Of a stretch of 64,000 bases of DNA, positions 22,754 through 33,025 are shown piece after piece (position 1 is the stretch's first letter; each line of letters opens with the position of its first letter). The notes beneath the pieces are model-generated. The model ran no database searches, was not told where the DNA came from, and worked only from the letters and a program-made list of their open reading frames with translations. Made by a program: the position numbers and the translations under genes. The DNA comes from Prasinococcaceae sp. CCMP 1430 (taxonomy: Eukaryota; Plantae; Prasinodermophyta): assembly GCA_013416795.1 (NCBI GenBank), contig RQSC01000908.1:1339-65338 (forward strand), given 5' to 3'.

Positions 22754-24623
22754 CTATTGGGCGAGCGCCTCGCGCACGCCCTTGGCCTTCTCCTTGAGAA
22801 TGTCGAGCGCCTGCGACACGAGCTCGGCGGGCGTGAGCGCTCCGGTGCTCTCCACGGAGAATATGAAATGGTCGCGGCGCTGGCCCATGCGCACGTGCGA
22901 CGCCCCGGGCTCCTCGCGCAGGCAGTTGCGGGACATCGTGCACTTGCGCGCGTCGAGCACCACCGCACGGCGGTGGCCTTTGCCGCAGGGCTCCGTCCCG
23001 AAGAGGCCCGGATCGCCGTCCTTCACGAGCTTGTCCGCGTCCTGGCGTACGGCGCGGGCGCCGAGTCAGCACTCGCCGAAGAACGCACGCGGCCACGCGC
23101 TCGCCCAAAATCGCGCTCGCGCGCGCATGCCTCAGGGAGTGACATGGCATCCTTGCCAGCACCGGCCATAGCGTCGGCGGGTTCATCGCTTTCGCGTCGC
23201 CGACGGCGGGAGAGGCTCATCTGAGGCCTTGTCGCTTCATCACAGGCAGCGCACCCGCACTCATCACCAACCACACACGCGTGCACACACTCACGCCCCA
23301 CCACCCTCACCGCATGTGCTCACCTCGTCTAGCACCTCCCCGACTATTTCCACTTCGGGTAGCAGCCGATAGAACGCCGTCGCCACCGGCGAGAACTTGG
23401 CGTGGTCCTTGCCCACGCCCTTGACTGCGAGCGCCTCGAGCTCGATCCCCTGCCCGGGGCGCAACTTGGCCAGCAGGATGCCATCGCTCACCGGGCCAGG
23501 CGGCCGTCCGTCAGACTCGGGGTTCTGCATGCGTCCAGCGCGGCCGTGCGCATGTGCGCGGATTGGGGGGTGGGGCGTGCGCGCGTGTCAGCCACGCGCA
23601 CGTCGCAAAGCATTTGAGGCGGCCCGTTCGGGCTTGTCGCGGACGCCGCCGACGCGGAGAGTCCGCGCACGCACCTGTATGGCACTAAATTGCGTGAAGC
23701 GCTTCAATGCAGCGACCGGCTCTCCGTTTTCGTCAAGTGGCCACATGGATCCCTCGTTCCGCCACTCGAAGTCCCCGCTGGTGACCTTCTTCGTCACGGT
23801 CGCGCCCGTCGCTTCGCCGCGAGCGGGGCGAGGGACAGACACGTCTAGCTTGAACATGATCGAGTTGTTCTCGTCGTACTTTCCCTGCGCGCACGAGACA
23901 GAGGGCGCCAGCGAGCGAGCGGAGGAGCCGAGGAAAGCGTGGCGTGTCAGCACCTGTGGTGCGGAGCCGAGCGCACAACCTCGCGCTCGCCCAAAATCGC
24001 GCTCGCGCGCGCATGCCTCAGGGAGTGACATGGCATCCTTGCCAGCACCGGCCATAGCGTCGGCGGGTTCATCGCTTTCGCGTCGCCGACGGCGGGAGAG
24101 GCTCATCTGAGGCCTTGTCGCTTCATCACAGGCAGCACGCGCGCTGGCATGCAGGCGCGGCAGCGCGCACCTTGGTTTCCACGAACTCGTAGTTGCGCGG
24201 GTCGGCGCGCAGCGGCACGAGGCCCAGCCTGTGGCTGAGGACTTCGTCGGGGATGACGCTGGTGTTGTCCTTGATGAACACGTACTCGATGGCCATGGTA
24301 GGCACCTCGGCGATGAGCACGCGGCGGAGCGCGTTCGCGAAGGACGCGTCCACGCCCACCAAGTCGAACTCCATCTCGTCTCCCTCGGCGCGCACCACGC
24401 GCACGTCCAAGTCGCGCTCGAATGCCTTCAGGTCGAGCGCATTGTCGACGCCTACTGACGCGAGCGAGCCGGCCGAGGTGAGCGGGTGGCAGCCCGTCTG
24501 GATGTCCGCGCCAACGCTCGTGGAGGTGCGCAGCCTCTCGAGGTGCGCGGGCAGCTCGTCCGCGGCCGCAGCGTCCTTGGCGGCCTTCGTGGCCGTCTTG
24601 TCGGCCTTCTTGGCACGCGCCAT
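22754..24623 (-). CDS. RPAC1: RNA polymerase I/III shared subunit AC40. Exons 24623..24171, 23884..23675, 23524..23324, 23041..22754 (383 aa)
   Basis: [85 protein letters not shown] and [13 protein letters not shown]. Three phase-0 GT-AG introns. Confidence 0.97.
23128..23248 (-). ncRNA. Candidate box C/D snoRNA, copy A, in RPAC1 intron 3
   Basis: The minus strand reads TGCC-T-GTGATGA...CTGA-GGCA: canonical box C, box D and a 4-bp terminal stem, 121 nt, sense to the host gene and wholly intronic. Confidence 0.7.
24014..24134 (-). ncRNA. Candidate box C/D snoRNA, copy B, in RPAC1 intron 1
   Basis: Identical to copy A by eye, with the same C/D boxes and terminal stem. Confidence 0.7.
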
Positions 24624-24745
24624 CGCCGCGCCGTGCGCGCTCTGTAACCCCCTTCCGCCCACTACTGCCACCCTCTTCCCACCCCACCCGACCCCAGACC
24701 TACCGGCCCGGCCCGGCCGCGCTCGCGCGCCCGCCCGCCCGCGCG

Positions 24746-25060
24746 NNNNNNNNNNNNNNNNNNNNNNNNNNNNNNNNNNNNNNNNNNNNNNNNNNNNNNN
24801 NNNNNNNNNNNNNNNNNNNNNNNNNNNNNNNNNNNNNNNNNNNNNNNNNNNNNNNNNNNNNNNNNNNNNNNNNNNNNNNNNNNNNNNNNNNNNNNNNNNN
24901 NNNNNNNNNNNNNNNNNNNNNNNNNNNNNNNNNNNNNNNNNNNNNNNNNNNNNNNNNNNNNNNNNNNNNNNNNNNNNNNNNNNNNNNNNNNNNNNNNNNN
25001 NNNNNNNNNNNNNNNNNNNNNNNNNNNNNNNNNNNNNNNNNNNNNNNNNNNNNNNNNNNN
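24746..25060. other. Assembly gap (315 N) inside the RPAC1/RPA1 divergent promoter
   Basis: Run of N. Confidence 1.
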
Positions 25061-25128
25061 GGGCGGCGCGCGAGCGGCGCGCGGGGCCGCCTCCGACCCC
25101 CCCCCCCACACAGCCGCGGCCGCGCGAG

Positions 25129-28100
25129 ATGGCGTCCTCGGTGGACGCCACGCCGTGCGAGCTCTCGTCGGTGTCCTTCGGGATGTACTCGCCGGAGGAG
25201 GTGCGCGCCATCTCCGTGACGGAGGTGGACTCGCCCATCATGTTCGACAACCTCAACAACCCGCTGCCCGGCGGCCTCTACGACCCGGCGATGGGGCCCA
25301 TCGACCAGATGGGCCGCTGCGTGACGTGCGGCAACCCCCAGCGCACCTGCCCGGGCCACTTCGGCCACATCGAGCTGCCCGTGCCCGTGTACAACCCGCT
25401 GCAGTTCGACGGCCTCACCAAGCTGATGCAGGCCACGTGCGAGCACTGCCACCACTTCCGCCTCCAGCCCGCGCAGACGGCGCGCTTCGTGAGGCGCTTC
25501 GAGGCGCTCGCGCGCGGCGACGTCGTCGGCTCCCTCGACACCGTGGAGGCGGCCGCCGCGGGCGACGTCGGCTCCGACGCCGCGGGTGACGGAGACGACG
25601 ACGAGAGCATGAGCGAGGGCGACTGCGACGGTGGGAGCGACGAAGCGCAGGGCAAGAAGAGGTCCGCGCACGCCCCGCGCTCAAAGCTGGTCCACGACCA
25701 GTACCTCGCGCTCGTGGGCTCCTTCCTGCGGCTGTGTGCGAGCGGCCAGAAGTGCGGCTACTGCGGCCGCTTCAACGCCAAGGTGAAGCGCGAGGGCGCG
25801 AACAAGCTCTTCGTGAAGCCGGTCTCCGAGAAACAGGCGCGCGCGAACGCCATGCTGTCAGCGAAGGGCGACACCGCCGCCCCCGCTGAGCCCGCCGAGC
25901 CCGTGAGCAAACCTGCCGACGGCTCCGAGACCCCAGACTCGGACGCCGACGGCTCGGACTCGGACGTGGATGTGCTCGTCGAGGTCGGGGCGAACTCGGA
26001 CAAGCAGGACGCCGAGGAGGCTGCAACCGCCGAGGCGAAGGCGGCCGAGGCGACGAAGGTGGTCGCCGACAGCGGCACGAAGTTCCTCACCGCCGACGTG
26101 GTGAGGGACCATGTGGCCAAGGTGTGGCGCTACGACAACCGCGCGGCGCGGCACGTGTGGGGCGGCGGCGGTGGCGGGGTCAGCGGGGCCACGGGAAGCG
26201 GCGCGCACGCGTACTTCGTGGAGGCGCTGCTCGTTGCGCCTAACCGCTTCCGCCCGCCGTCGCAGATGGGCGATCTCATGTTCGAGCACCCCATGAACAC
26301 GGCCCTGAAGGCCTGCCTGGAGGCCTGCCTGCGCGTGCGCGACGTCGGGCGCGCGCTGGCCGGCCAAAATGAAGGCGGCGGAGAGGATGCGAACGACGAC
26401 GAGGATGGCGCTGAGGGCGCCGAGCGGCGCCCGAAACCAACCAATCAGATGTGGATTGGGTGCTGGCAGCAGCTGCAGGTCGCAGTGAGCGCCGTGCTGG
26501 ACAGCGACGGCGCGGAGAGCGCGGGCGTGCGGCAGGTGCTCGAGAAGAAGGAGGGCCTCTTCCGCAAAAACATGATGGGCAAGCGCGTCAACTTTGCCGC
26601 GCGCTCGGTCATTTCGCCCGATCCCCTGATTGCGCCCAACGAGATCGGCGTGCCCGTGTACGTCGCGGAGGGCCTCACGTACCCAGAGCGGGTCGGCGCG
26701 CATAACGCAGAGTACCTGCGCGCTGCTGTCATCAATGGTCCGCGCCACTACCCTGGTGCAACGGTCGTTGAGGACGCCAAGGGCCACACGGTCGACCTCT
26801 CGCGCCTCAGTCGCGAGCGCCGCACGAACCTCGCCAAGACACTGCTCACGGTCACGCAGGAGCGGCGAGGTGGAAGTGTCTCGACGCCGTTCGCCAAGGT
26901 GGTGCATCGCCATCTGCGCGACGGCGACATGATGCTTGTGAATAGGCAGCCGACCCTGCATCGACCCTCGCTGATGGCGCACCGTGCACGCGTGCTGCGA
27001 GGGCAGCGCACCATTCGCATGCACTACTCCAACTGCTCGTCCTACAACGCCGACTTCGACGGCGACGAGATCAACCTGCACTTGCCGCAGGACGAGCTCG
27101 CGCGTGCCGAGGCGTCGGAGGTTGTCAATGCCGACGAGCAGTACATCGTTCCGACGTCTGGCGGGCCCATCCGCGGCCTCATCCAGGACCACGTCGTCAT
27201 GTCGGTCGCCCTCACACGCCGTGACACCATCCTGGACGCCGAGCGCTTCCAGATGCTGCTGTACTACGCTTGTGGCAGCGCGCCGCCTACAGACTATGGC
27301 GATGACAGGGGAAAGGTTCGCGAAACGGAGGAAGAGCAACTTCAGATACCAGAGCCTGCTTTCCTCAAGCCGCGGCGGCTCTGGACAGGAAAGCAGCTGT
27401 TGTCCTCGGTGCTGGCACACTGCGCACGGGGGCGCGCGCCCATGAATGTTGAGGCGGGAGCCAAGCTGAGCGGCGCTCTTTGGGGGGACGCGCACGAGGG
27501 GCGCGTCGTCGTGCGCAACGGACAATTGGTTACAGGCGTGTGCGACAAGGCCATATACGGACGTGGCGGTATTGTGCACGCCTTCCAGGAGCTGTACGGC
27601 TGTGCGGCAGCTGGGAGGCTGCTGCATGCCTTCTCTAAGCTCTTCACGAACATGCTGATGTGGAAGGGCTTCAGTTGCGGCATGGAGGATCTTAGCCTCA
27701 CGCCCGAGCACGAGGATGCGCGCTCGCGCGAGCTCTTGACCAGCGTGAGCGCCGGCGAGGGTGTCGCTCGCGACATGCTTGACAAGGCTGGCAAGGCGCA
27801 CATGCTCCCTCGCGTGGATCGCACCGAGGCGGGCAAGCTCAACGCACCGCTGGCGCACGCGCTCGGGGCGCACGTGCGCTCAGTCGCGTCCGCCGAGGTC
27901 GCGCTTGACATGCACATGACCGGTGCGCTCGCGCCCGTGAGCAGCGCGGCCATCAAGGCCTGCCTGCCGCACGGTGCGTCGCGGCCCTTTCCCGACAATC
28001 AGATGGCCATGATGACGTCGTCTGGCGCGAAGGGGTCAATGGTGAACTCGTCGCAGATCTCTGTACTGCTAGGGCAGCAGGAGCTGGAGGGGAGGCGTCC

Positions 28101-30354
28101 GCCGCGCATGGCGAGTGGCAAGACGCTGCCGTGCTTCGCGCGCTTCGACCCTGGCGCACGAGCGGGCGGATTCGTCGGGGACCGCTTCCTGTCTGGCCTG
28201 CGCCCCCCCGAGTACGTCTTTCACGCAATGGCCGGGCGCGAGGGTCTCGTCGACACGACCGTCAAGACGTCGCGCTCCGGCTACCTGCAGAGGTGTCTCA
28301 TCAAGTGCCTCGAGGGTCTGCGTGTCTCGTACGATTATTCCGTGCGCGATCAGGACGGCAGCCTGGTCCAGTTCCGCTACGGCGAGGACGGCGTGGATCC
28401 GACCGCTTGCGCGTACCTCTCTGCGAAGCACCTTAGCTTTGTGGCGCAGAACGCGGAGGCCTACGCGGAGGCGATCGGCCCCGATGCCACGCCGCCGAGT
28501 GCCGCTGCGGATGCGGAGGCACGCAGCAAGGTGCGCGCGGAGCGCGCGGCGGCGCGCGACAGCGCGCGCGCACCGCTGCTGGGGGAGCGGTCTCCCGCCG
28601 AGGCGCTTGGCATTACCTCGGAGGCATTTTCGTCAGGCTTGGACGACTACGTCGCGAGCAATCCGGACGGGCTGCTCGAGGCGGAGGCGATCACCAGCAA
28701 GAAGAAGAAGAAGAAGGGCGCCAAGACCGCGGAGAGGGCGACGAGGAAGGCGCTTTCGCGCGAGGCGATGCTGGCAATCGCCGAGGCCAAGTACATGCGA
28801 AGCCTCGCACCGCCAGGAGAGGCGGTCGGCGTCATCGCGTCGCAGTCCATAGGCGAGCCATCGACGCAGATGACGCTCAACACATTCCATTTCGCCGGCC
28901 GCGGCGAGGCGAATGTCACGATGGGCATCCCGCGCCTGCGCGAGATCTTCATGAGTGCGAGCGCGTCCATCGGCCTGCCGGTGATGACCATCCCGATGCG
29001 CTCGGACGTGTCCGAGGCGGAGGCGAAGCGGGTCGCAGCGCGCCTCAGCAGGCTCGCGCTCGCGAGCGTGTGCGATGGCGTGGACGTGAGCGAGTCTTTC
29101 GAGTCGGAGGGCTTCGGCGCCTCGGTCTCGCGCATGCGGCGTTGCTCGGTGACGCTGCGGCTGCGGCCGCGGCGGCGCTGGCCGCGCGAGGCAGCGCTCT
29201 CGTGGGAGCTGATCGAGCGCGCGGTTCGTGGCGACTTTGTGCGACAGCTGCTGATGCTGGTCAAGAAGGAGCTCAAGGCGGCCGACGGCAGCGCTCGCAT
29301 CGTGGCCTCGGCACGCGCTGACGCCGACGCGATGGGGACTGCAGCTGCCAACGCGGGGGGCGACGACGCGCGAAGAAAGGAACGCGCGGCAGCGGCGAAG
29401 CGCGCGCGCAAACGCGAGCGCGACGGCGACGACGGCGATCTCGACGACGTTGACGAGGACGAGCTCGATGCGACCGAGGCCCGCGCTCGTGGTCGCGGCC
29501 GCGAGACGGCTGCGTACGACGGCCGCGACGCTGAGGACGCCGCCGCTGAGCGCGAAGCGGAGGCTGCCGCGCGCTCCCGAGCGGGCGCAGGCGGCGGCAG
29601 CAGCGATACCGAAAGCGTCGAGGAGGATGGCAACGCCCCCGAGGGTGCCAAGCGGCGTGGCACTGGCGAGGCGGAGCTTGAGCGCCAGGCCACCGTCACT
29701 CTCGATGGGAGCGATGGTCCCTCGCCGACAGCGACTGTCACCTTTACCATTCCAGCGGAGGCCTCGCGCATCCTGTTGCTGCCGCTCGCTCAGCAGGCAG
29801 CGGTTGGCGCGGCTGTGCGCGCCACGCCGGGCATCTCGCGCGCTTTCGCGGTGGTGGGAAAGGGCGCCGACGCAGGCAGCATCAAGCTGCAGACGGACGG
29901 CGTCAACTTCTCCGCAGCTTGGCATCTGGCAGCCGTGGGCGCCGAAGTGGACGCCGTGACCTCGAACGACATCGCGGCGATGCTCCGCGTGTACGGCGTG
30001 GAAGCCGCCCGCGCGACGCTCGTGAACGAGGTCAGCGGCGTGTTCGGTGCCTACGGCATTGGCGTCGATCCGCGCCACCTGGGGCTCGTCGCGGACTACA
30101 TGACGTTTGAGGGCGACTACCGCGCGTGCTCCCGCTTGGGCATCCGCTCGTGTACCTCGCCAATGACGAAGATGTCCTTCGAGACGGCCATGACCTTCGT
30201 GCGCGATGCCGCCCTGCGCGGCGAAGAGGACACGCTTAAGTCGCCCTCCTCGCGCATTATCGTGGGCCGCCCCGTGGGCACGGGCACGGGCATGTGCTCG
30301 CTGAGGTATGACGTGGAGGCCGCTTGCGCCATGGCCACCGCTGAGGCCCGTTGA
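25129..30354 (+). CDS. RPA1: RNA polymerase I largest subunit, single exon, about 1740 aa
   Basis: N-terminal Zn sites (CVTCG...CPGHFGHIEL), KKEGLFRKNMMGKRVNFAARSVISPDP, NRQPTLHRPSLMAH, catalytic YNADFDGDEINLH, TSRSGYLQRCLIK, AQ/SQSIGEPSTQMTLNTFHFAG and a Pol I-type acidic expander. Confidence 0.98.
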   Translation: MASSVDATPCELSSVSFGMYSPEEVRAISVTEVDSPIMFDNLNNPLPGGLYDPAMGPIDQMGRCVTCGNPQRTCPGHFGHIELPVPVYNPLQFDGLTKLMQATCEHCHHFRLQPAQTARFVRRFEALARGDVVGSLDTVEAAAAGDVGSDAAGDGDDDESMSEGDCDGGSDEAQGKKRSAHAPRSKLVHDQYLALVGSFLRLCASGQKCGYCGRFNAKVKREGANKLFVKPVSEKQARANAMLSAKGDTAAPAEPAEPVSKPADGSETPDSDADGSDSDVDVLVEVGANSDKQDAEEAATAEAKAAEATKVVADSGTKFLTADVVRDHVAKVWRYDNRAARHVWGGGGGGVSGATGSGAHAYFVEALLVAPNRFRPPSQMGDLMFEHPMNTALKACLEACLRVRDVGRALAGQNEGGGEDANDDEDGAEGAERRPKPTNQMWIGCWQQLQVAVSAVLDSDGAESAGVRQVLEKKEGLFRKNMMGKRVNFAARSVISPDPLIAPNEIGVPVYVAEGLTYPERVGAHNAEYLRAAVINGPRHYPGATVVEDAKGHTVDLSRLSRERRTNLAKTLLTVTQERRGGSVSTPFAKVVHRHLRDGDMMLVNRQPTLHRPSLMAHRARVLRGQRTIRMHYSNCSSYNADFDGDEINLHLPQDELARAEASEVVNADEQYIVPTSGGPIRGLIQDHVVMSVALTRRDTILDAERFQMLLYYACGSAPPTDYGDDRGKVRETEEEQLQIPEPAFLKPRRLWTGKQLLSSVLAHCARGRAPMNVEAGAKLSGALWGDAHEGRVVVRNGQLVTGVCDKAIYGRGGIVHAFQELYGCAAAGRLLHAFSKLFTNMLMWKGFSCGMEDLSLTPEHEDARSRELLTSVSAGEGVARDMLDKAGKAHMLPRVDRTEAGKLNAPLAHALGAHVRSVASAEVALDMHMTGALAPVSSAAIKACLPHGASRPFPDNQMAMMTSSGAKGSMVNSSQISVLLGQQELEGRRPPRMASGKTLPCFARFDPGARAGGFVGDRFLSGLRPPEYVFHAMAGREGLVDTTVKTSRSGYLQRCLIKCLEGLRVSYDYSVRDQDGSLVQFRYGEDGVDPTACAYLSAKHLSFVAQNAEAYAEAIGPDATPPSAAADAEARSKVRAERAAARDSARAPLLGERSPAEALGITSEAFSSGLDDYVASNPDGLLEAEAITSKKKKKKGAKTAERATRKALSREAMLAIAEAKYMRSLAPPGEAVGVIASQSIGEPSTQMTLNTFHFAGRGEANVTMGIPRLREIFMSASASIGLPVMTIPMRSDVSEAEAKRVAARLSRLALASVCDGVDVSESFESEGFGASVSRMRRCSVTLRLRPRRRWPREAALSWELIERAVRGDFVRQLLMLVKKELKAADGSARIVASARADADAMGTAAANAGGDDARRKERAAAAKRARKRERDGDDGDLDDVDEDELDATEARARGRGRETAAYDGRDAEDAAAEREAEAAARSRAGAGGGSSDTESVEEDGNAPEGAKRRGTGEAELERQATVTLDGSDGPSPTATVTFTIPAEASRILLLPLAQQAAVGAAVRATPGISRAFAVVGKGADAGSIKLQTDGVNFSAAWHLAAVGAEVDAVTSNDIAAMLRVYGVEAARATLVNEVSGVFGAYGIGVDPRHLGLVADYMTFEGDYRACSRLGIRSCTSPMTKMSFETAMTFVRDAALRGEEDTLKSPSSRIIVGRPVGTGTGMCSLRYDVEAACAMATAEAR

Positions 30355-30654
30355 GGAGCAGTGCCTCGCGACCTCGCCACCATCGCGCCTCCTTTGAGCC
30401 GCGAGTGCGTGGCGGCGTTTGTAAACATAATTATCATTCGACCAGGCACGTGTGGTTGCTACTGCGTGGCACATGCGGCGACGGAGCTTGCGTGTCGCTC
30501 GTCGATCGACGCGTGATTGCGTGTATTCGCACGGACTCTACATGACACCAGCAGCGCGCGCGAGTGTGCCTGACGGTGCCGCGGGCATGCACCGTCAAAC
30601 GCGCGGTGCGGCGCCCAGCCCTTATGCAGAGAGTACATCGGCAACTTTCGCGCC

Positions 30655-31477
30655 TCAAGCAATCAGGCGCGAGCGCTCGTCGAGCTCGGTTCTCTTTGCC
30701 TCGGCGTCCGCGCCGAGGCGTGCGGCGACGGCCGCACCGAGCACCAGGATGAAAAGCGACAACATGCCGAGAATGGTCTTGTTTGTACAGCGCGCCCCAC
30801 CATCTGGGCACGCAGTGAAGCCCTGTTTCTCCTGCACGCCCATTGCCATCGCCAGGAGGCCGCCGAAGTACGCAAAGAGCGCCACGGCGCGGTGAAAAGG
30901 CACCGCACGGGCCTTCGCCTCGGCAGTGAACCCCAGCGCGTCGCCGACGACGAACGCACCGATGCCGTACACAGCCGCCCCGAGCGTCGCCGCCGCCGCG
31001 GCGATGCCCACCCAGCTGTGAGCAGAGTACAAGGGCGGGTGGGCCGAGGGTTCCCAGCCTGGTGCGTGTGCGCCGTGGTTGCGGAAGATGCCGATGAGGC
31101 CAACGACCGCGAACACGACCGCCAACGAGTTGAACAGCGCGTGCGCTCTCTTCGCTTTGGCGTGCGTGTACCCAGCGCCGCGTTCCCACGTCGCCCACGC
31201 CAGCACGCCCTCACTCATGGCCACAGCGTACGCGAACACCATGAAGATCAGGTGCACATTGAACGGCGGCACCTTGACCCCCCCGTGCTCCTCGGCCAGC
31301 CCGCCCGTGCGCACGGCGAGCGCTAGCGCGCAGCCGGCCGCGCCGGCGGAGCACACGCGCGCGACGAGCGCCGCGNCAATGCAGCTGTGCCTCGACGTGC
31401 AGATCCCCGTAGCCTTCGGCGGGGTCGGCGGCGGGCGCTGTGGCCCCGCACAAGCAGCCCGCACACGGGTCGCGCAT
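30655..31477 (-). CDS. Cytochrome b561 / ferric-chelate reductase family membrane protein
   Basis: FNVHLIFM, KRAHALF, LYSAHSWVG and VPFHR supply the four heme-ligand His. Removing the single N at 31376 restores the frame from the ATG at 31477 (MRDPCAG...QLHCAALV). Confidence 0.9.
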
Positions 31478-31567
31478 TATTTGGGGGCGCGGGAGCTGCG
31501 GGCGCGGCGGGCGCGCGCTCAGGCGCGGGCGCACTCTGCCTTGGCTACGTCTTCCCTTCCTCTCTAG

Positions 31568-33025
31568 CTAGCAGGTGATTGGCTTGAAGGCGTTGATGCC
31601 GTCGGCCGCCGTCGAGAGCATGAGCCCCACGCACTGCGGGTGCCAGCGCACTTCCTTAATGTTGGTCTGCCCCTGGTGCACGAACAGCAGCTGCGGGGGA
31701 AGGTCATCAGGCGCGTCCGCCTGCTCCGTGCTGGCGGCCATGGCAGCCTCGGCCTCGGTGTCGCGCTCCAGCGAGAGGTCCCAGACGGTGAGCGTGTTGT
31801 CAGCGGCGGCGGCCGACAGCATCGCTGCCTCCCAGGGCGACCATCCCACGCTCGTGATGGGCGCCCGGTGGTGCGCAAAGTTGGCCACGAAGGCGCCGTC
31901 GGAGAACGAGCGCAGGTCCCACACGCGCAAGCGCCCATCGTCGCCGCCCGACGCGAGCATGGGCGTCGCCAGTGGCGACCAGCTGATTACGTTGACGTCG
32001 TCGTCGTGCGCTGCCACCGACAGAGCGGGCTTGGCACGCTGCCGCACGTCCCATATCTTAATGCTTCTGTCGGCGGAGCAGGACGCGAACACGCCGTTCT
32101 CACACGGCGACCACTGCAGGTCCTCTACCGACGCCTGGTGACCCACGAAGCCGCTGCCGCCACTCGCGGCGTCGTTAGCCTCCATCGCCCACCCTCCTCC
32201 CTCGCGCGGCTCCCACAGGTGCAGGCCGCCGTTGCAATCGCCCGTGAGCAGCCTGCCCACCACAGTGGGCGCCCAGTCCATGGCGTAGCCCTCGACGCCG
32301 TGGCCCTTGTACACAGCCAGCGGCGGCAGCGCAATGGTCTTCGCCTTGTGGCCCTCGAGGCCACCCTCACGCGTGGTGGGCTCGCCGGCGTCGGCCTCGA
32401 CAGCTTCGACGGCAGGCGTGACGTCGAAGACCTGCACGTAGCCCGTATCTCCCCATGCGGCCACGATGCCCGACATCTGTGGCATGGCGCGCACGCGGTT
32501 CACGCCGCCCGCGTGCGGCACCGCGCGAGCTGAGAGCCGCGGCGCCTTCCCGTTGCCCCTGCCGCCGCCCGCGCCCGACGCCTCCGCCATCTCATCGTCA
32601 GTGTCGTCGTCGGAGCTCTCCTCCTCGCTGTCGTCCTCGTCGGCGTCTCCCTCCGCGCGGCGCCGCGTCGACGCCACGTTGGAGAGCTTGAACACCGTCA
32701 GCCGGTTGTTCGCGGCCACGTCCGCCTGCGACCCGGCGACGGCGACGAGGTCGTGCGGCAGCGCCGCACGGCGCTCACCCCTCGCGTCGCGCAGCGGGTC
32801 GACGGAGAGGCACGGCCACTCGAGCTGCAGCGCATGCAGGCAGTCGTACGTCGACGGGTCGTACTGCAGCTCCTCGTCCGCCTCCATGCCGTCGACGCCC
32901 GGCATCCACACACGCGGCGCAGCATCGCCGCCGCCGTCCGCGCCGCCGCCAGCCGCGTGCGAAGGCCCCGCCGCGCCCTTGGCCTTGGCCTTGCCTTTGC
33001 CCTTCTTGCCCGGGCGCTGCGGCAT
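31568..33025 (-). CDS. GRWD1: WD40 ribosome assembly factor GRWD1/Rrb1
   Basis: VWMPG...ELQYDPSTYDCLH...EWPCLSVD (CAF1C_H4-bd-like), an acidic patch, HAGGVNRVR, EGYAMDW, VEDLQWSP and DLPPQLLFVHQGQ. Confidence 0.93.
   Translation of the reverse strand: MPQRPGKKGKGKAKAKGAAGPSHAAGGGADGGGDAAPRVWMPGVDGMEADEELQYDPSTYDCLHALQLEWPCLSVDPLRDARGERRAALPHDLVAVAGSQADVAANNRLTVFKLSNVASTRRRAEGDADEDDSEEESSDDDTDDEMAEASGAGGGRGNGKAPRLSARAVPHAGGVNRVRAMPQMSGIVAAWGDTGYVQVFDVTPAVEAVEADAGEPTTREGGLEGHKAKTIALPPLAVYKGHGVEGYAMDWAPTVVGRLLTGDCNGGLHLWEPREGGGWAMEANDAASGGSGFVGHQASVEDLQWSPCENGVFASCSADRSIKIWDVRQRAKPALSVAAHDDDVNVISWSPLATPMLASGGDDGRLRVWDLRSFSDGAFVANFAHHRAPITSVGWSPWEAAMLSAAAADNTLTVWDLSLERDTEAEAAMAASTEQADAPDDLPPQLLFVHQGQTNIKEVRWHPQCVGLMLSTAADGINAFKPITC

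Larger units (their letters stand above)
23096..24136. repeat. 155-bp identical direct repeat (23096..23250 and 23982..24136)
   Basis: Direct comparison of the two segments, offset 886 bp. The flanking intron sequences differ. Confidence 0.95.

Noticed and set aside
23128-23248. Assignment of the snoRNA to U14, or to a U2 or 18S target
   Set aside because: U14 domain A/B sequences are absent, and the recalled complementarities were only 6-8 nt, too short to claim.
23096-24136. Repeat interpreted as an introner element or CRISPR-like repeat
   Set aside because: It is internal to the introns and does not define their splice sites, the intron ends differ, there are only two copies, and there is no spacer array. 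C/D boxes explain it better.
24193-25128. Apparent 312-aa N-terminal extension of RPA1 through the N run, and the matching extension of RPAC1
   Set aside because: An artefact of translating across Ns and antisense RPAC1 sequence. RPA1 homology starts at the Met at 25129.
31376-31376. Frameshift in cytochrome b561 (possible pseudogene or programmed frameshift)
   Set aside because: It coincides exactly with a single N placeholder, and deleting the N restores the frame.
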